The position numbers were made by a program, and so were the translations under genes. A DNA stretch of 64,000 nucleotides. Source: an uncultured bacterium. GTDB lineage: Bacteria > Patescibacteriota > Patescibacteriia > Patescibacteriales > UBA12465. Below are positions 1 through 9,671 of this stretch, piece after piece (position 1 is the first letter of the stretch; each line of letters opens with the position of its first letter). Under the pieces are notes generated by a model. That model had not been told where the DNA came from, made no database searches, and saw nothing but the letters and a program-made list of their open reading frames with translations. The stretch covers positions 473,159 through 537,158 of the forward strand of contig OW818634.1 of the NCBI GenBank assembly GCA_942492765.1, written 5' to 3'.

Positions 1-374
1 ACAACTCTTTCAATGCCGTTGATGATGAAGGTTCCCTTGTCGGTCATAAGCGGGAAATCGCCCAAAAAGACTTCCTGATTCAAGGAGCGTCCGCTTTTCT
101 TATTTAATAATCTGGTCTTGACGCGCAAAGGCGCTTCATAGGTGATATTCTTCTCGCGGCTTTCTACCTCGGAGAATTTCGGTTCGTCCAGATAATAATC
201 TTCAAAATATAATTCTAAATCCCGGCCGATGAAATCGGTAACCGGATTTATCTCGTCAAAAAGTTCTGCTAAACCTTCTTTTAAAAACCACTTATAACTA
301 TCCGTCTGGATCTCGATTAGCTCCGGCATCGGCATGACTTCGGCCAGCTCGGAAAATGATTTTCGTTTAGACAT
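1..374 (-). CDS. rpoB: DNA-directed RNA polymerase beta subunit, N-terminal fragment (gene continues past window start)
   Basis: Own translation of the minus strand from ATG at 374: [35 protein letters not shown]...[23 protein letters not shown], a canonical RpoB N-terminus. Absent from the ORF track because it is cut by the window edge. Confidence 0.85.
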   Translation of the reverse strand, partial: MSKRKSFSELAEVMPMPELIEIQTDSYKWFLKEGLAELFDEINPVTDFIGRDLELYFEDYYLDEPKFSEVESREKNITYEAPLRVKTRLLNKKSGRSLNQEVFLGDFPLMTDKGTFIINGIERV

Positions 375-550
375 AGGACTTATATTTATATAAATATAGA
401 AAAAACAAAAAATAAAAAAAATCTCTTAACAAAAAAATCCCCACCCCAATTTGGTTTGAGTTTCGTGTTTTATTAAATTAATTTATTTTTTGGTAAATCA
501 CTTTTTAGATAAAAAAGTGTTAAGATATTCCTATAATATTATAATATTTA

Positions 551-1981
551 TTATTTGTCAATACACATCTTCTCCACAATCTCTTCCCTGGCGACCTCCC
601 GGTCATCCCAAGGGATTTTCCGGCCATTTTCGACACAAATGAACTGTTCCGCCCCTTTTCCAGTTAAAATGACTAAATCACCTTCTTTGGCTAATTCTAG
701 CGCTTTCTTTATAGCTTCGCGCCTATCCAATATCTTGAATAAATCCTTGTTAAGCTCCCGGCCAGCGTTCTCTGCCCCAGCTGCCACCTGATTGATTATC
801 AGGGCCGGATCCTCGTCATAGGGGTCTTCATTGGTGATAACTATAAAATCAGCATATTTAGCCGCTAAACTGCCTAAAATCGGCCGGCGCGCCTTGTCTC
901 TCCCGCCCCCAGTAGAGCCAAGCAAATGAATAATCTTATTATGGGGCAAAAACTCAAGCGTCTGATAGAGCTTAATCATCGCTTCCGGCTCAAAGGCATA
1001 ATCGACGATGACGGTAAAATCCTGCCCGGCGCTGATGATTTCCATCTTGCCGGCCAAGCCCCTGATTTCTTCTAAACCCGACTTTATCTGCGCAAAATTG
1101 AGCTTCTGATTCATACCGACGGCGGCCGTCGCTAGCGCATTAGCGGCGTTAAAATCTCCCAAGAGCTTCAAGCCGACAGGCTGGCCATCAATAGTCATCT
1201 TCGTGCCGCTGCCGCTCGCTTCTACATTCGCGCCCCGCACGAGAGTAAAATCCTTAATAACTGCTTCGCCGGCTAGCTTGGCCGACAAAGAAGCGATAGA
1301 AACCTGGGGATCAAGAGTGTAAGCCATCTTCGCTTCTGCCCAAAAATTCAAAAAATAATCAGCATTCTCATCATCGCCATTAGCTATGATAGTTTTCAAA
1401 ACGCGGGTCAGATCCAGCTTCTTGAGCTGGCTAGCCGGCTTAGTCACCTGACGTTCATCATTAATATACTTTGTCCGGCAATTCTTAAGATGCTTGAATA
1501 ATTCCCCTTTAGCAGCGCGATAATTTTCAAAACTGCCATGGGCTTCGATATGTTCGGGGTAGAGGCCGGTGAAGACGAGGGTATCGTAATTGATAAATAG
1601 ATGGCGGAACTGATCGATGCCCTGGGAAGTAGTTTCCACGATCGCATAGCGGCAATTATTCTTGACCATGCTGCGCAGAATCTTCTGAATGAAGAAGCGG
1701 CCAGGCATAGTCATCTTCTTATCATTAAGCCATTCGCGGTTGCCGTCGGAGAATACCGAGGTGGAAGTAAGGCCGGCCTTATAGCCAGCGGCATTCAGCA
1801 TGCGCGCAATCATATAGACGACCGAGGTCTTACCGGTCGTGCCGGTGACGCCGATCACTATGAGCTTCCGGCTCGGGAAGCGATACCACAAAGCCGCCGC
1901 CAAATTTATCAGAAAATGATAAGGCGGCTGGAGCGCTTTAAAAAGCTTCGCGGGAATGATTTTTTTTATGGATTCTAACAT
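551..1981 (-). CDS. murE: Mur ligase family protein, MurE-like
   Basis: P-loop GVTGTTGKTS, VIVDYAFEPEA, and C-terminal VITNEDPYDEDP resembling the MurE DNPRxEDP region. ORF is open to 2017 but that codon is TTG; first ATG is at 1981. N-terminal domain is unusually short. Confidence 0.6.
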   Translation of the reverse strand: MLESIKKIIPAKLFKALQPPYHFLINLAAALWYRFPSRKLIVIGVTGTTGKTSVVYMIARMLNAAGYKAGLTSTSVFSDGNREWLNDKKMTMPGRFFIQKILRSMVKNNCRYAIVETTSQGIDQFRHLFINYDTLVFTGLYPEHIEAHGSFENYRAAKGELFKHLKNCRTKYINDERQVTKPASQLKKLDLTRVLKTIIANGDDENADYFLNFWAEAKMAYTLDPQVSIASLSAKLAGEAVIKDFTLVRGANVEASGSGTKMTIDGQPVGLKLLGDFNAANALATAAVGMNQKLNFAQIKSGLEEIRGLAGKMEIISAGQDFTVIVDYAFEPEAMIKLYQTLEFLPHNKIIHLLGSTGGGRDKARRPILGSLAAKYADFIVITNEDPYDEDPALIINQVAAGAENAGRELNKDLFKILDRREAIKKALELAKEGDLVILTGKGAEQFICVENGRKIPWDDREVAREEIVEKMCIDK

Positions 1982-2106
1982 GGGGATATTATAACATGCG
2001 GGCGGAAGTTGTTCCAATATTATCTTATTAGTTTGATTGACAAAAAAGTGGTAATTATGATATATTTTTTTATTACTTTAACAATCATACACTTAAATAA
2101 TCAGCC

Positions 2107-2553
2107 ATGAAAAAACAACCACCCAAAGGAATCATGATTATTGATTGCAATCATAGACCTAGCGCTCCTAGAAGTGCAACAATAAGAGAACATAATGGCA
2201 ATGGTATTATAAATTTTGATTTAAATAATATGAAAGCCATTCCCGTCTCTTCTAAACTTAAAACGGGAGAAGCATTTATTAATCTAGAAGAAACAATTAG
2301 AAGATTCGGCCATAATTGGAAAAATAAGCCAGCCGATGCTAATGTGCTAGATAATATCAAAAAACAACTTGATGGAATCCCAAAAAAATTCAATCGACCA
2401 GGCATTTATTTATTATTCCCCGCAACCACCTATCTGAAAAAGGGTGGAAAACTATGTATCCGAGCGCTTAATTATGCTCAAAACGGCTGGTACGAAACCT
2501 TACTTTTCGACGAAGACCACTTTTCTAACAACGATTTTGTGGTGTGCACATGA
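2107..2553 (+). CDS. hypothetical protein (member of a 3-paralog family in this window)
   Basis: 148-aa ORF, AT-rich. Shares the ordered motifs TGEAF / I-x7-P / IYLLF / GKLCIRAL / DFVV with ORFs 37275-37868 and 39927-40466. Confidence 0.5.
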   Translation: MKKQPPKGIMIIDCNHRPSAPRSATIREHNGNGIINFDLNNMKAIPVSSKLKTGEAFINLEETIRRFGHNWKNKPADANVLDNIKKQLDGIPKKFNRPGIYLLFPATTYLKKGGKLCIRALNYAQNGWYETLLFDEDHFSNNDFVVCT

Positions 2554-2584
2554 TTCCGCCGCTTGAACGTCATTGAAATAAAAC

Positions 2585-2613
2585 AAAAAGACCTTTAACA
2601 TAAAGGTCTTTTT
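2585..2613. terminator. bidirectional rho-independent terminator between convergent genes
   Basis: aaaaa-GACCTTTA-aca-TAAAGGTC-ttttt; 8-bp stem flanked by an A-run and a T-run. Confidence 0.7.
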
Positions 2614-2633
2614 CATTTCTTTAAATTTATATC

Positions 2634-5291
2634 CTATCTCGCGAAAAACATCTCGTCGTCATCATCTAGGGGTGTTTTCTTTTCGGCTGAGGTTGCCTTA
2701 GCGGCCGGCTTCTCTGTCTTGGCTGAAGATTTAACTTTCTTATCTTCTCTTATCTTCTCCAATATCTCATCTTCGTCATTAATCGCTGCCTCTTCTTCGT
2801 CTGGAGTCAATCTTAATTCTGCTTCAGCTTTAGTTTCTTCTTCTGCGCTAATTTCTTCATCTTCTTCAACCTCCTCGATTTCTGGGGCGACCTCATCCTT
2901 TTCTGATTCTTCTTCAACCGCTTCTTCTAATTCTTCTTCCTCTTCGATCGTTTCTGCTTGTTCCTCTGCTTCAGCTTCCGCATTCTTAAATACTAAGCCG
3001 CTGTCCTCTTCGTCTTCTCCCAGATATTTATCGGGCGCGGCGGATGTCGCGCGATTATGAACCGGGATACCGACAATATCGCTGCCGCCCATAGCTTCAA
3101 ATTGTTCCGGGCTAATCATGACTTCGCGCGGCTTAGCGCCATTGGACGGACCGATGATGCCGGCTTCTTCGAGCATATCAAGAATCTTAGCTGCTCGGCC
3201 ATAACCGATAGAAAGACGACGCTGCAGCATCGAGGTCGAAGCCTTACCGGCCTTAACGATCAGCTCTTTCGCCTCTTCGAACAGCTCATCTTCATCGCCG
3301 TGGTTGCCGTCAAGACCGACGCCGGCATTCCCGCCGACTTTCTGGCGATCAGTGATGCCTTCAAGATATTCGGCTGCTCCGCTCTTATCTTTTATATAAT
3401 TGACGACATCGTTAATCTCTTCATCGCTCAGATAAGCGCCCTGGATGCGTTTCGGCTTGGAAAATTCCGCCGACATGAATAACATATCGCCTTGGCCTAA
3501 TAATTTTTCTGCGCCAGCTGAATCAAGAATAGTCTTCGAATCGACTAATGAGGCGACCGAGAAAGCGATGCGCGTCGGCACATTCGCTTTAATGAGCCCG
3601 GTAATAACATCGACGCTCGGACGCTGCGTCGCTAAGATCAAATGGATGCCGATAGCGCGCGACATCTGAGCTAGACGGATGATAGCCGCTTCCATATCTT
3701 TTCCGGCGGTCATCATAAAATCAGCGAGTTCGTCGATGATGAAAACGATATACGGCATCTTCTCCGCTCCGCTCATGGAATTATAAGACTGGATATTTCT
3801 CTTGCCCGCCTTATTGAGAACGTCATAGCGGCGCTCCATTTCGTTCAAGCACCACTTCAAAGCATTGATAGTCTTATTGACGTCAGTAATGACCGGGGTC
3901 AGGAGATGCGGGATGCCGTTATAAGTCGGGAGTTCCACTCTCTTCGGATCGACCATGATAAAACGCAGGTCGTCCGGATTGTTCTGATATAATAAACTGA
4001 CAATGATAGCATTCAAACAGACGGATTTTCCGGAATTAGTCGCGCCCGCTACCAGCAAGTGAGGCATCTTCGTCAGGTCATAAAGCCAGGCCGTGCCCGC
4101 GACATCCTTGCCGAGCGCGACAAAGAGATTATTCTTGCGCGCCTTGAAAGCGTCATCTTCTAATATCTCCCTCAGGCCGACGATAGCTTTGGCCCTGTTC
4201 GGAACTTCGATGCCGACCAGTGATTTTCCGGGAATAGGCGCTTCAATTCTAATCGGATGAGCAGCCAAGGCGAGCGATAGGTCGTTATTCAAAGTAGTGA
4301 TGCGCGATAATTTTACGCCTTCAGCCGGACGGAAGGCATACTGAGTAACAGTCGGACCAACCTTGGTCTCTCCCATCTCGACGTCGATGCCGAATTTCTC
4401 CAAAGTCTTTTTGATCTTCTGGGCGTTCACTTCGGTATCGCCGCCGATAGCCTTGCTGAACTTATTATTCAACAACTCCAAAGGCATATCTATCTTGATC
4501 GAACGCTTCGGCCAGACGATCTTTTCCTGGACCTTCTTCCCTTCTTTCTTAATAGCGGGACTGACGATCTCGTCAGCCTCTTCCTCTTCTTCCTCTTCTT
4601 CGACTTTCTCTAGTTTCGCCGGAATCTCTTTTTTCTGCCAGGCGCCGAGTGCCTCTGCTTTCGCTTCCTCGATCAGCTTCTTGCCTTCATCATCTTCTTC
4701 AGCGGAAGTTGAGAACAAGTTCTGGAAAAAGATGCCAAAAGGCTGAAAAATTTTCGCGAAGATGCTATCGCGCCCGACTAAGCGGGCCAATGAGGTATTG
4801 AAGACGAGAACCAACGATATTAATAATATAGCGATGAGAACCAATATTCCTCCCCAGAGTCCGAAGATATAAAAGAATAATTGGCTCAGATATAGGCCGA
4901 CATAGCCGCCGCCGATACCTTCAAGAACCGAACCCTGCCATTCCGCGGCCGGGAGAAAAAAATGGAAAAGGGTCTGATAAGAGACGAATAGTAAAAATAG
5001 GCCGAGATAATCCGTGAATTTCAAAGGCTTTTGGGATTTGCGAATTAGGATCAAGGCCCAATATAGGACAATCAAAGGGACAAGCCACTTGCCGAAACCG
5101 AAGATAAGCGTCAGCCACTTAGAAACGAATAGGCCGAAATGTCCAGACAGATTGAATAAGCCCAAGAGACTGACCAGTCCGAAAACTAGCAGGAAGACGA
5201 TCATGATACTGCGCTTAGCCTTGTCGTCGAGATCGAATTCCGGCAGAGCGATATAATCAAGAGGATTAGAATTTTTCTTTTTGCGACCCAT
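2634..5291 (-). CDS. ftsK: DNA translocase FtsK/SpoIIIE with long acidic C-terminal tail
   Basis: N-terminal TM helices, Walker A GATNSGKS, gamma winged-helix MLQRRLSIGYGRAAKILDMLEEAGIIGP, then about 165 aa of E/D-rich tail. Confidence 0.9.
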   Translation of the reverse strand: MGRKKKNSNPLDYIALPEFDLDDKAKRSIMIVFLLVFGLVSLLGLFNLSGHFGLFVSKWLTLIFGFGKWLVPLIVLYWALILIRKSQKPLKFTDYLGLFLLFVSYQTLFHFFLPAAEWQGSVLEGIGGGYVGLYLSQLFFYIFGLWGGILVLIAILLISLVLVFNTSLARLVGRDSIFAKIFQPFGIFFQNLFSTSAEEDDEGKKLIEEAKAEALGAWQKKEIPAKLEKVEEEEEEEEADEIVSPAIKKEGKKVQEKIVWPKRSIKIDMPLELLNNKFSKAIGGDTEVNAQKIKKTLEKFGIDVEMGETKVGPTVTQYAFRPAEGVKLSRITTLNNDLSLALAAHPIRIEAPIPGKSLVGIEVPNRAKAIVGLREILEDDAFKARKNNLFVALGKDVAGTAWLYDLTKMPHLLVAGATNSGKSVCLNAIIVSLLYQNNPDDLRFIMVDPKRVELPTYNGIPHLLTPVITDVNKTINALKWCLNEMERRYDVLNKAGKRNIQSYNSMSGAEKMPYIVFIIDELADFMMTAGKDMEAAIIRLAQMSRAIGIHLILATQRPSVDVITGLIKANVPTRIAFSVASLVDSKTILDSAGAEKLLGQGDMLFMSAEFSKPKRIQGAYLSDEEINDVVNYIKDKSGAAEYLEGITDRQKVGGNAGVGLDGNHGDEDELFEEAKELIVKAGKASTSMLQRRLSIGYGRAAKILDMLEEAGIIGPSNGAKPREVMISPEQFEAMGGSDIVGIPVHNRATSAAPDKYLGEDEEDSGLVFKNAEAEAEEQAETIEEEEELEEAVEEESEKDEVAPEIEEVEEDEEISAEEETKAEAELRLTPDEEEAAINDEDEILEKIREDKKVKSSAKTEKPAAKATSAEKKTPLDDDDEMFFAR

Positions 5292-5343
5292 ACTTAAATG
5301 ATTATGATTAATAACGTTCTTATTATATCACACGCCAAACCAA

Positions 5344-5370
5344 TAAAAAAGCTCGGTTTTACCCGAGCTC
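5344..5370 (-). terminator. rho-independent terminator after the CDF transporter gene
   Basis: Minus strand reads GCTCGG-gtaaaa-CCGAGC followed by TTTTTT. Confidence 0.6.
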
Positions 5371-5383
5371 TGGCCGGCGGCCA

Positions 5384-6409
5384 TTAATTTATTTCGATGT
5401 CAATAAAGACTGCTTGCGGCACTTGAGCGCGAATCTTCTTCTCCAGCTCATCGATCTTGCGGCCGACTAGGCGCGGCACCCTGTCCATATAATCGACAGA
5501 AAACTTCATGAAATTCTCATAGCTCAACCTGGCCTCCTCGTATTCGTTCTCTAAAAAGTGATGTTTGGACAGTTCTCTAATCAAAGAAGAAGCATTGAAT
5601 TCGATATCGCATTTTATCAGGTACTTATCGACGTCTAAGATGGCTGACTTGAAATCCAAGACCTTCTCGACGGTCGGATCATTATTCAAGATATCGATGA
5701 TGAGTTCTTCGATCTCTTTCGGGATGGACTTAGTGATCAGATAATTGCGGTTCTTAGCGATCAGCATGATGGCCGCCACTCCCAAAAGCAAGCCGATGAT
5801 GATGGAGCCGATCGCATCCCAATAAGACTGGCCCGTCAGGTAAGCTAAGACGATGCTTAAGAAAGCGACGAAGACGCCAATGACAGCTAGTCCGTCCTCA
5901 TAGACTACGGCTAGAGTCGTCGGGTCAGCTTCGGCAATGATCTTGCTTAGTTTCTCCTCAGGAAAATGCTTCTTCAGGTCGCGATAAGCCAGCCAGAGGG
6001 TGAATGACTCGATGATAAATGCGATGATCAAGATATAGAGATTCAGGGGACGGAAATGAGCCTCTTGCCCATTGATAAGAGAAGTGATGCCATGATAGGT
6101 CGTGATGCCGCAGCCGATGAAGAAGATGCCGCAAGCGGAGATGAGCGCCCAGATAAAGCGTTCTTTGCCATAACCGTAAGGATAATCTTCGTCCGGCTTT
6201 TTTACCGATCGGCTGACGCCAATGATCAGCAATGATTGGTTAGCGGTGTCGGCGAGACTGTGGATGGCTTCGGAAAACATCGCTCCGGAACCGGTAACCA
6301 TGAAACCGAAAAATTTAGCCGCGCAGACTACGGCATTTCCCGTGAAGGCGGCGATGACGGGCAAAAGCCCTGAAATCTTCCCGTCTTTTCCTGTTTGAGC
6401 GCTTATCAT
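5384..6409 (-). CDS. cation diffusion facilitator family transporter
   Basis: Six predicted TM segments, HSLADTANQ motif typical of CDF TM2, C-terminal cytoplasmic domain. Confidence 0.75.
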   Translation of the reverse strand: MISAQTGKDGKISGLLPVIAAFTGNAVVCAAKFFGFMVTGSGAMFSEAIHSLADTANQSLLIIGVSRSVKKPDEDYPYGYGKERFIWALISACGIFFIGCGITTYHGITSLINGQEAHFRPLNLYILIIAFIIESFTLWLAYRDLKKHFPEEKLSKIIAEADPTTLAVVYEDGLAVIGVFVAFLSIVLAYLTGQSYWDAIGSIIIGLLLGVAAIMLIAKNRNYLITKSIPKEIEELIIDILNNDPTVEKVLDFKSAILDVDKYLIKCDIEFNASSLIRELSKHHFLENEYEEARLSYENFMKFSVDYMDRVPRLVGRKIDELEKKIRAQVPQAVFIDIEIN

Positions 6410-6430
6410 AATTTATGGATATTAATAGGC

Positions 6431-7462
6431 CTATCTTACCAGTTTGCCGGCTTGTTGCAAGAGATCGTACGAAGTGGCGGCGACTCGGTTTCGAGCTTTC
6501 GCGAATTTCTGCCGATAATAGGCGCCATTCTTCACAACCAGCTTCGCTCTTTTCAGAAGCGCCCCCGTCTTCAAGTCATCAAGCTCTACGACTAATTCCG
6601 GACAACCGATAAAACGCGCGAAATTGCGATTGCGCAGATCATAGGCGACATTTATTTCCGGAGTTAAAGCGCCGGCCGCCATGACACAAGAATGGAGCAT
6701 CATACCGATGACTAGATCCAGGGTTCCATAAAAGCCTTTCTGCGCGGCCGGAGCCAGATCGATGACTTTCAAATTTTTTATCTGCAAGCGCGGATAAATC
6801 TGCTCCTCGCCGGGATGATGCTTAAGATAATAGACTTGAGCGCCATAATTATCTTGAAAATATTCCGCTGTTTCTCGATAAGCTTTCAAGATATCCTTCT
6901 CCCAGCGGCCGAATCCCAACCAGCCGGAATAATTAAGATTCAATCCGAGCTTGAAGCCCGACTTAACCTTGGCTGGTTTGATCTCTTCTAAGCAGAAAGC
7001 CGGATCGCCGATGACTTTGACTTTAGTCGCCGGGATTCCCTGCTTGACCAGGAATCTCTTAGTATAATTCTCGCGCACGCCGACAAGAGCAGCCTTTCTT
7101 GCTAAAGCGACCAAGCTCTCGCGCTCTGTCTTCTTCAAAGCCGGGGCGCCGACCTCACGGATATAGCCGACACCGTAAATCACTAAAGGGATCCTGATAG
7201 CGACGATCATCTCTTTGGAAAACGGCAAAAAATATCGATAAAAGACCCCGCCTCCGCCAAAAACCGCTAGGTCGGAACGATTAATAACTGCCGCCTGCCG
7301 AGCATCCAGAGTCTTCAAGACTTCAATCGGAAAATCGCTTATCTTAGCGCCCGGATAAGCGGCGCGAAGCTGCTCCTGAACGGCCAAGACTATTCCCAAA
7401 TCTCCTTTATTAGTCTTATCCCAGACGTGAATATGGGCGATTGATAACGGCTTTGACGCCAT
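6431..7462 (-). CDS. polysaccharide pyruvyl transferase family protein
   Basis: N-terminal HVWDKTNKGDLGI and VFGGGGVF motifs typical of PS_pyruv_trans. Confidence 0.6.
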   Translation of the reverse strand: MASKPLSIAHIHVWDKTNKGDLGIVLAVQEQLRAAYPGAKISDFPIEVLKTLDARQAAVINRSDLAVFGGGGVFYRYFLPFSKEMIVAIRIPLVIYGVGYIREVGAPALKKTERESLVALARKAALVGVRENYTKRFLVKQGIPATKVKVIGDPAFCLEEIKPAKVKSGFKLGLNLNYSGWLGFGRWEKDILKAYRETAEYFQDNYGAQVYYLKHHPGEEQIYPRLQIKNLKVIDLAPAAQKGFYGTLDLVIGMMLHSCVMAAGALTPEINVAYDLRNRNFARFIGCPELVVELDDLKTGALLKRAKLVVKNGAYYRQKFAKARNRVAATSYDLLQQAGKLVR

Positions 7463-7465
7463 ATT

Positions 7466-8488
7466 TTATAATTTTAAATTAGCTTTGACCTGCTTGATCA
7501 GCTCGAAGGCGGCTCTCTCGTCATTATCGAACTTCAAGAGCCAGTAGGTCGCCGTCCTGATAGATGTCCAATTATAATAAAGGTCAATGCGCGCCCGCAA
7601 ATCGCTCGTCATTTCTTCTCCTTTAGCGGCCAGATAGGTATCGAGAAATAATTTTTCCATCACGAGGGCCGAGGTCACATCGCCGACCTTCCTGATGAAC
7701 TTATATTCCAGCTGCTGCAGGAAGGAACCGAGATCGCGCGCGTGATCGGCCAAGCAGAGATCAGTAAAATCAATCAAGCCGACCCGATTTACTGATGTCT
7801 GCAAGATGTTTTCCGGATGAGCGTCGCCATGGATGAGCGACAATTTTCCGCCCTTACTGAAATAGGCCTCCTCCTTCTCGATAAAATAAGAATAGATGCG
7901 GTTCAAATCGTCATCATATTTTCCTGGGAAACGCGCCGCTACTTCCTTGAGGATATTTTCCGATCCGGGGATGACCGTCCTGATCCGGGAATTGATCGGA
8001 TTAAAATTAGCCCGTTCATCTACCGGCAAAGAATGCAGCCGCGCGAATAATTTCGCGCTGGCGACGATAATCTTCTCGACCGTTTCAAAATCCTTATTCT
8101 TGATGAAATGCAGGAGACTCTCGCCTTTCAAGCCGCGATAAAAAGTCCCTCGGAAATAAGGAGAATAGAACAGGGGGTCGGGCAGGTCATTACTCTCATT
8201 AGGAAAGCCGGCGGCCCAGAGATATTTGAGCGCCAGATAGACGTTCTCCCTCTCCTCGCTGCTATGCGCCGAACAGACGATCGGAATCTTGTCTTCCGTG
8301 CCGTCCGGCTTGGCAAAGTAGGCCGTGAAGCTGATGACGACATGATAAGTCGTCGCCCAAACCAGCTTCTTATAAGGCTTTATCTCCACTCTCTTGATGT
8401 CGACGAAAGCGGGATAATGAGGCAGGACCTCTTTCCGAAATAATCCCAGCACATACGCTTCATCAAACAGCTGTAAGATCTTGTTCAT
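7466..8488 (-). CDS. APH/choline-kinase-fold phosphotransferase (possible sugar kinase)
   Basis: LIHGDAHPENIL catalytic loop and IDFTDL. ATG at 8488 forms an ATGA overlap with the upstream GH57 stop. ORF track extends to 8527. Confidence 0.6.
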   Translation of the reverse strand: MNKILQLFDEAYVLGLFRKEVLPHYPAFVDIKRVEIKPYKKLVWATTYHVVISFTAYFAKPDGTEDKIPIVCSAHSSEERENVYLALKYLWAAGFPNESNDLPDPLFYSPYFRGTFYRGLKGESLLHFIKNKDFETVEKIIVASAKLFARLHSLPVDERANFNPINSRIRTVIPGSENILKEVAARFPGKYDDDLNRIYSYFIEKEEAYFSKGGKLSLIHGDAHPENILQTSVNRVGLIDFTDLCLADHARDLGSFLQQLEYKFIRKVGDVTSALVMEKLFLDTYLAAKGEEMTSDLRARIDLYYNWTSIRTATYWLLKFDNDERAAFELIKQVKANLKL

Positions 8489-9654
8489 ACGGTTTTCTGC
8501 CAATGCTTCTTCCAATGGCTTTCCCAAATTAATTTTTTTATCTTAAGATAACAGGCTTCGGCCTCTAATTTCTTCTTCTTGGTCTTGAGGTTGGCAAAAG
8601 AACGGACCGAGCGAATCATATCTTCCAGGCCGCGTTCAATCTCATCTGGACTCCAGGCATAGGGGCCGTAAATCTTAGAAAAATCGTGAGCGCTCGCCCA
8701 CCAGAAAGTGCAGCTGGCTAATCCGCGGACTAGATGCCAGCGATGCCAATAAAAATTCTTGTCATCCTTATATTTAGCGCCCAGATCAAGAGCGAGGTTG
8801 GCGAGCTTCCAAAGATTGACCTGGATCTTATTATCCTTATCAAGCCAGAGATGATAAGGATGATTATTCTTAACGTCTTTCGGGCTTGATTCCCAAGAGG
8901 AAGATTTCAATTCTACCTTCAGCGGCCTGCCCTTGACCAATTTGATGAAGGCAGACAAAGTCGCGGTCTTCAGGTCCTTGGACTTAGCGATTTTCTCAAT
9001 CTCTGCCGTCGGATCTTCATGGCGCAGGCCGTAAAGTTCAGCATCGGTCGCAGTCAGGACTATCCTGTCTTCCTTGACCATCGGCCAGATAATATCCGGC
9101 GGATAAGAGCTAGAGATGGCTCGATCCCTAAAGATAACTTTCAGGCCGCTCGCAGCATCAATATATATCTTCCCTGCCTCGGGGCGATGCTGGTTAGCCG
9201 CGCTATAAGCGATCTCATCCAAAATTATCCAAGAATAACCGAGGCGCTTCACTAATTTAGACAAGGCCGGCGAATAAGCCATTTCCGGCAAAAAAAATCC
9301 GGCCGGCTTGAAATTCTTCCCGAAATGCTTCTTCAATATCTTTTCATTAGTCTTGATCTGGCGGATAACTTCCGTTTCCGGCAGAAGCGGCAAGAAGCCA
9401 TGGAAAGCGGCCGAACCAGTAAGCTCTACGCGGCCCTTCCTGACTAAGAATTTCAGGCGGTCCAAGAAAGCATTTTGTTTTTCATCCGCTAAGCGCTCCA
9501 ATAAGCAGCCGCTCACGTTCCAGGTCGCGCGCATTTCCGGATGCTCCTCCATCAAGCGCAATAAGCGCCAATAGCTCTTATCCAGGGCCTTATGGATGCT
9601 ATAAGATTCGGCGTTAGCCGGCTGATAAAAATGCAAGAAATTAAGCCAGAGCAT
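8485..9654 (-). CDS. glycoside hydrolase family 57-like protein
   Basis: N-terminus MLWLNFLHFYQP... (the HxxQP start typical of GH57), length 389 aa, sits next to glgA. Confidence 0.55.
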   Translation of the reverse strand: MLWLNFLHFYQPANAESYSIHKALDKSYWRLLRLMEEHPEMRATWNVSGCLLERLADEKQNAFLDRLKFLVRKGRVELTGSAAFHGFLPLLPETEVIRQIKTNEKILKKHFGKNFKPAGFFLPEMAYSPALSKLVKRLGYSWIILDEIAYSAANQHRPEAGKIYIDAASGLKVIFRDRAISSSYPPDIIWPMVKEDRIVLTATDAELYGLRHEDPTAEIEKIAKSKDLKTATLSAFIKLVKGRPLKVELKSSSWESSPKDVKNNHPYHLWLDKDNKIQVNLWKLANLALDLGAKYKDDKNFYWHRWHLVRGLASCTFWWASAHDFSKIYGPYAWSPDEIERGLEDMIRSVRSFANLKTKKKKLEAEACYLKIKKLIWESHWKKHWQKTV

Positions 9655-9671
9655 AAATTTTTTATAATATC

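Noticed and set aside
2719-4746. Apparent nucleotide repeats (GAA/GAG/TCT-rich runs) at 2719-3060 and 4560-4700.
   Set aside because: These are codon-level low complexity encoding the E/D-rich linker and tail of FtsK, not a structured DNA repeat.
8485-8487. Possibility of an alternative genetic code (UGA recoding, as in some CPR lineages).
   Set aside because: TGA terminates GH57 exactly at an ATGA junction, and all conserved genes are full-length under the standard code.
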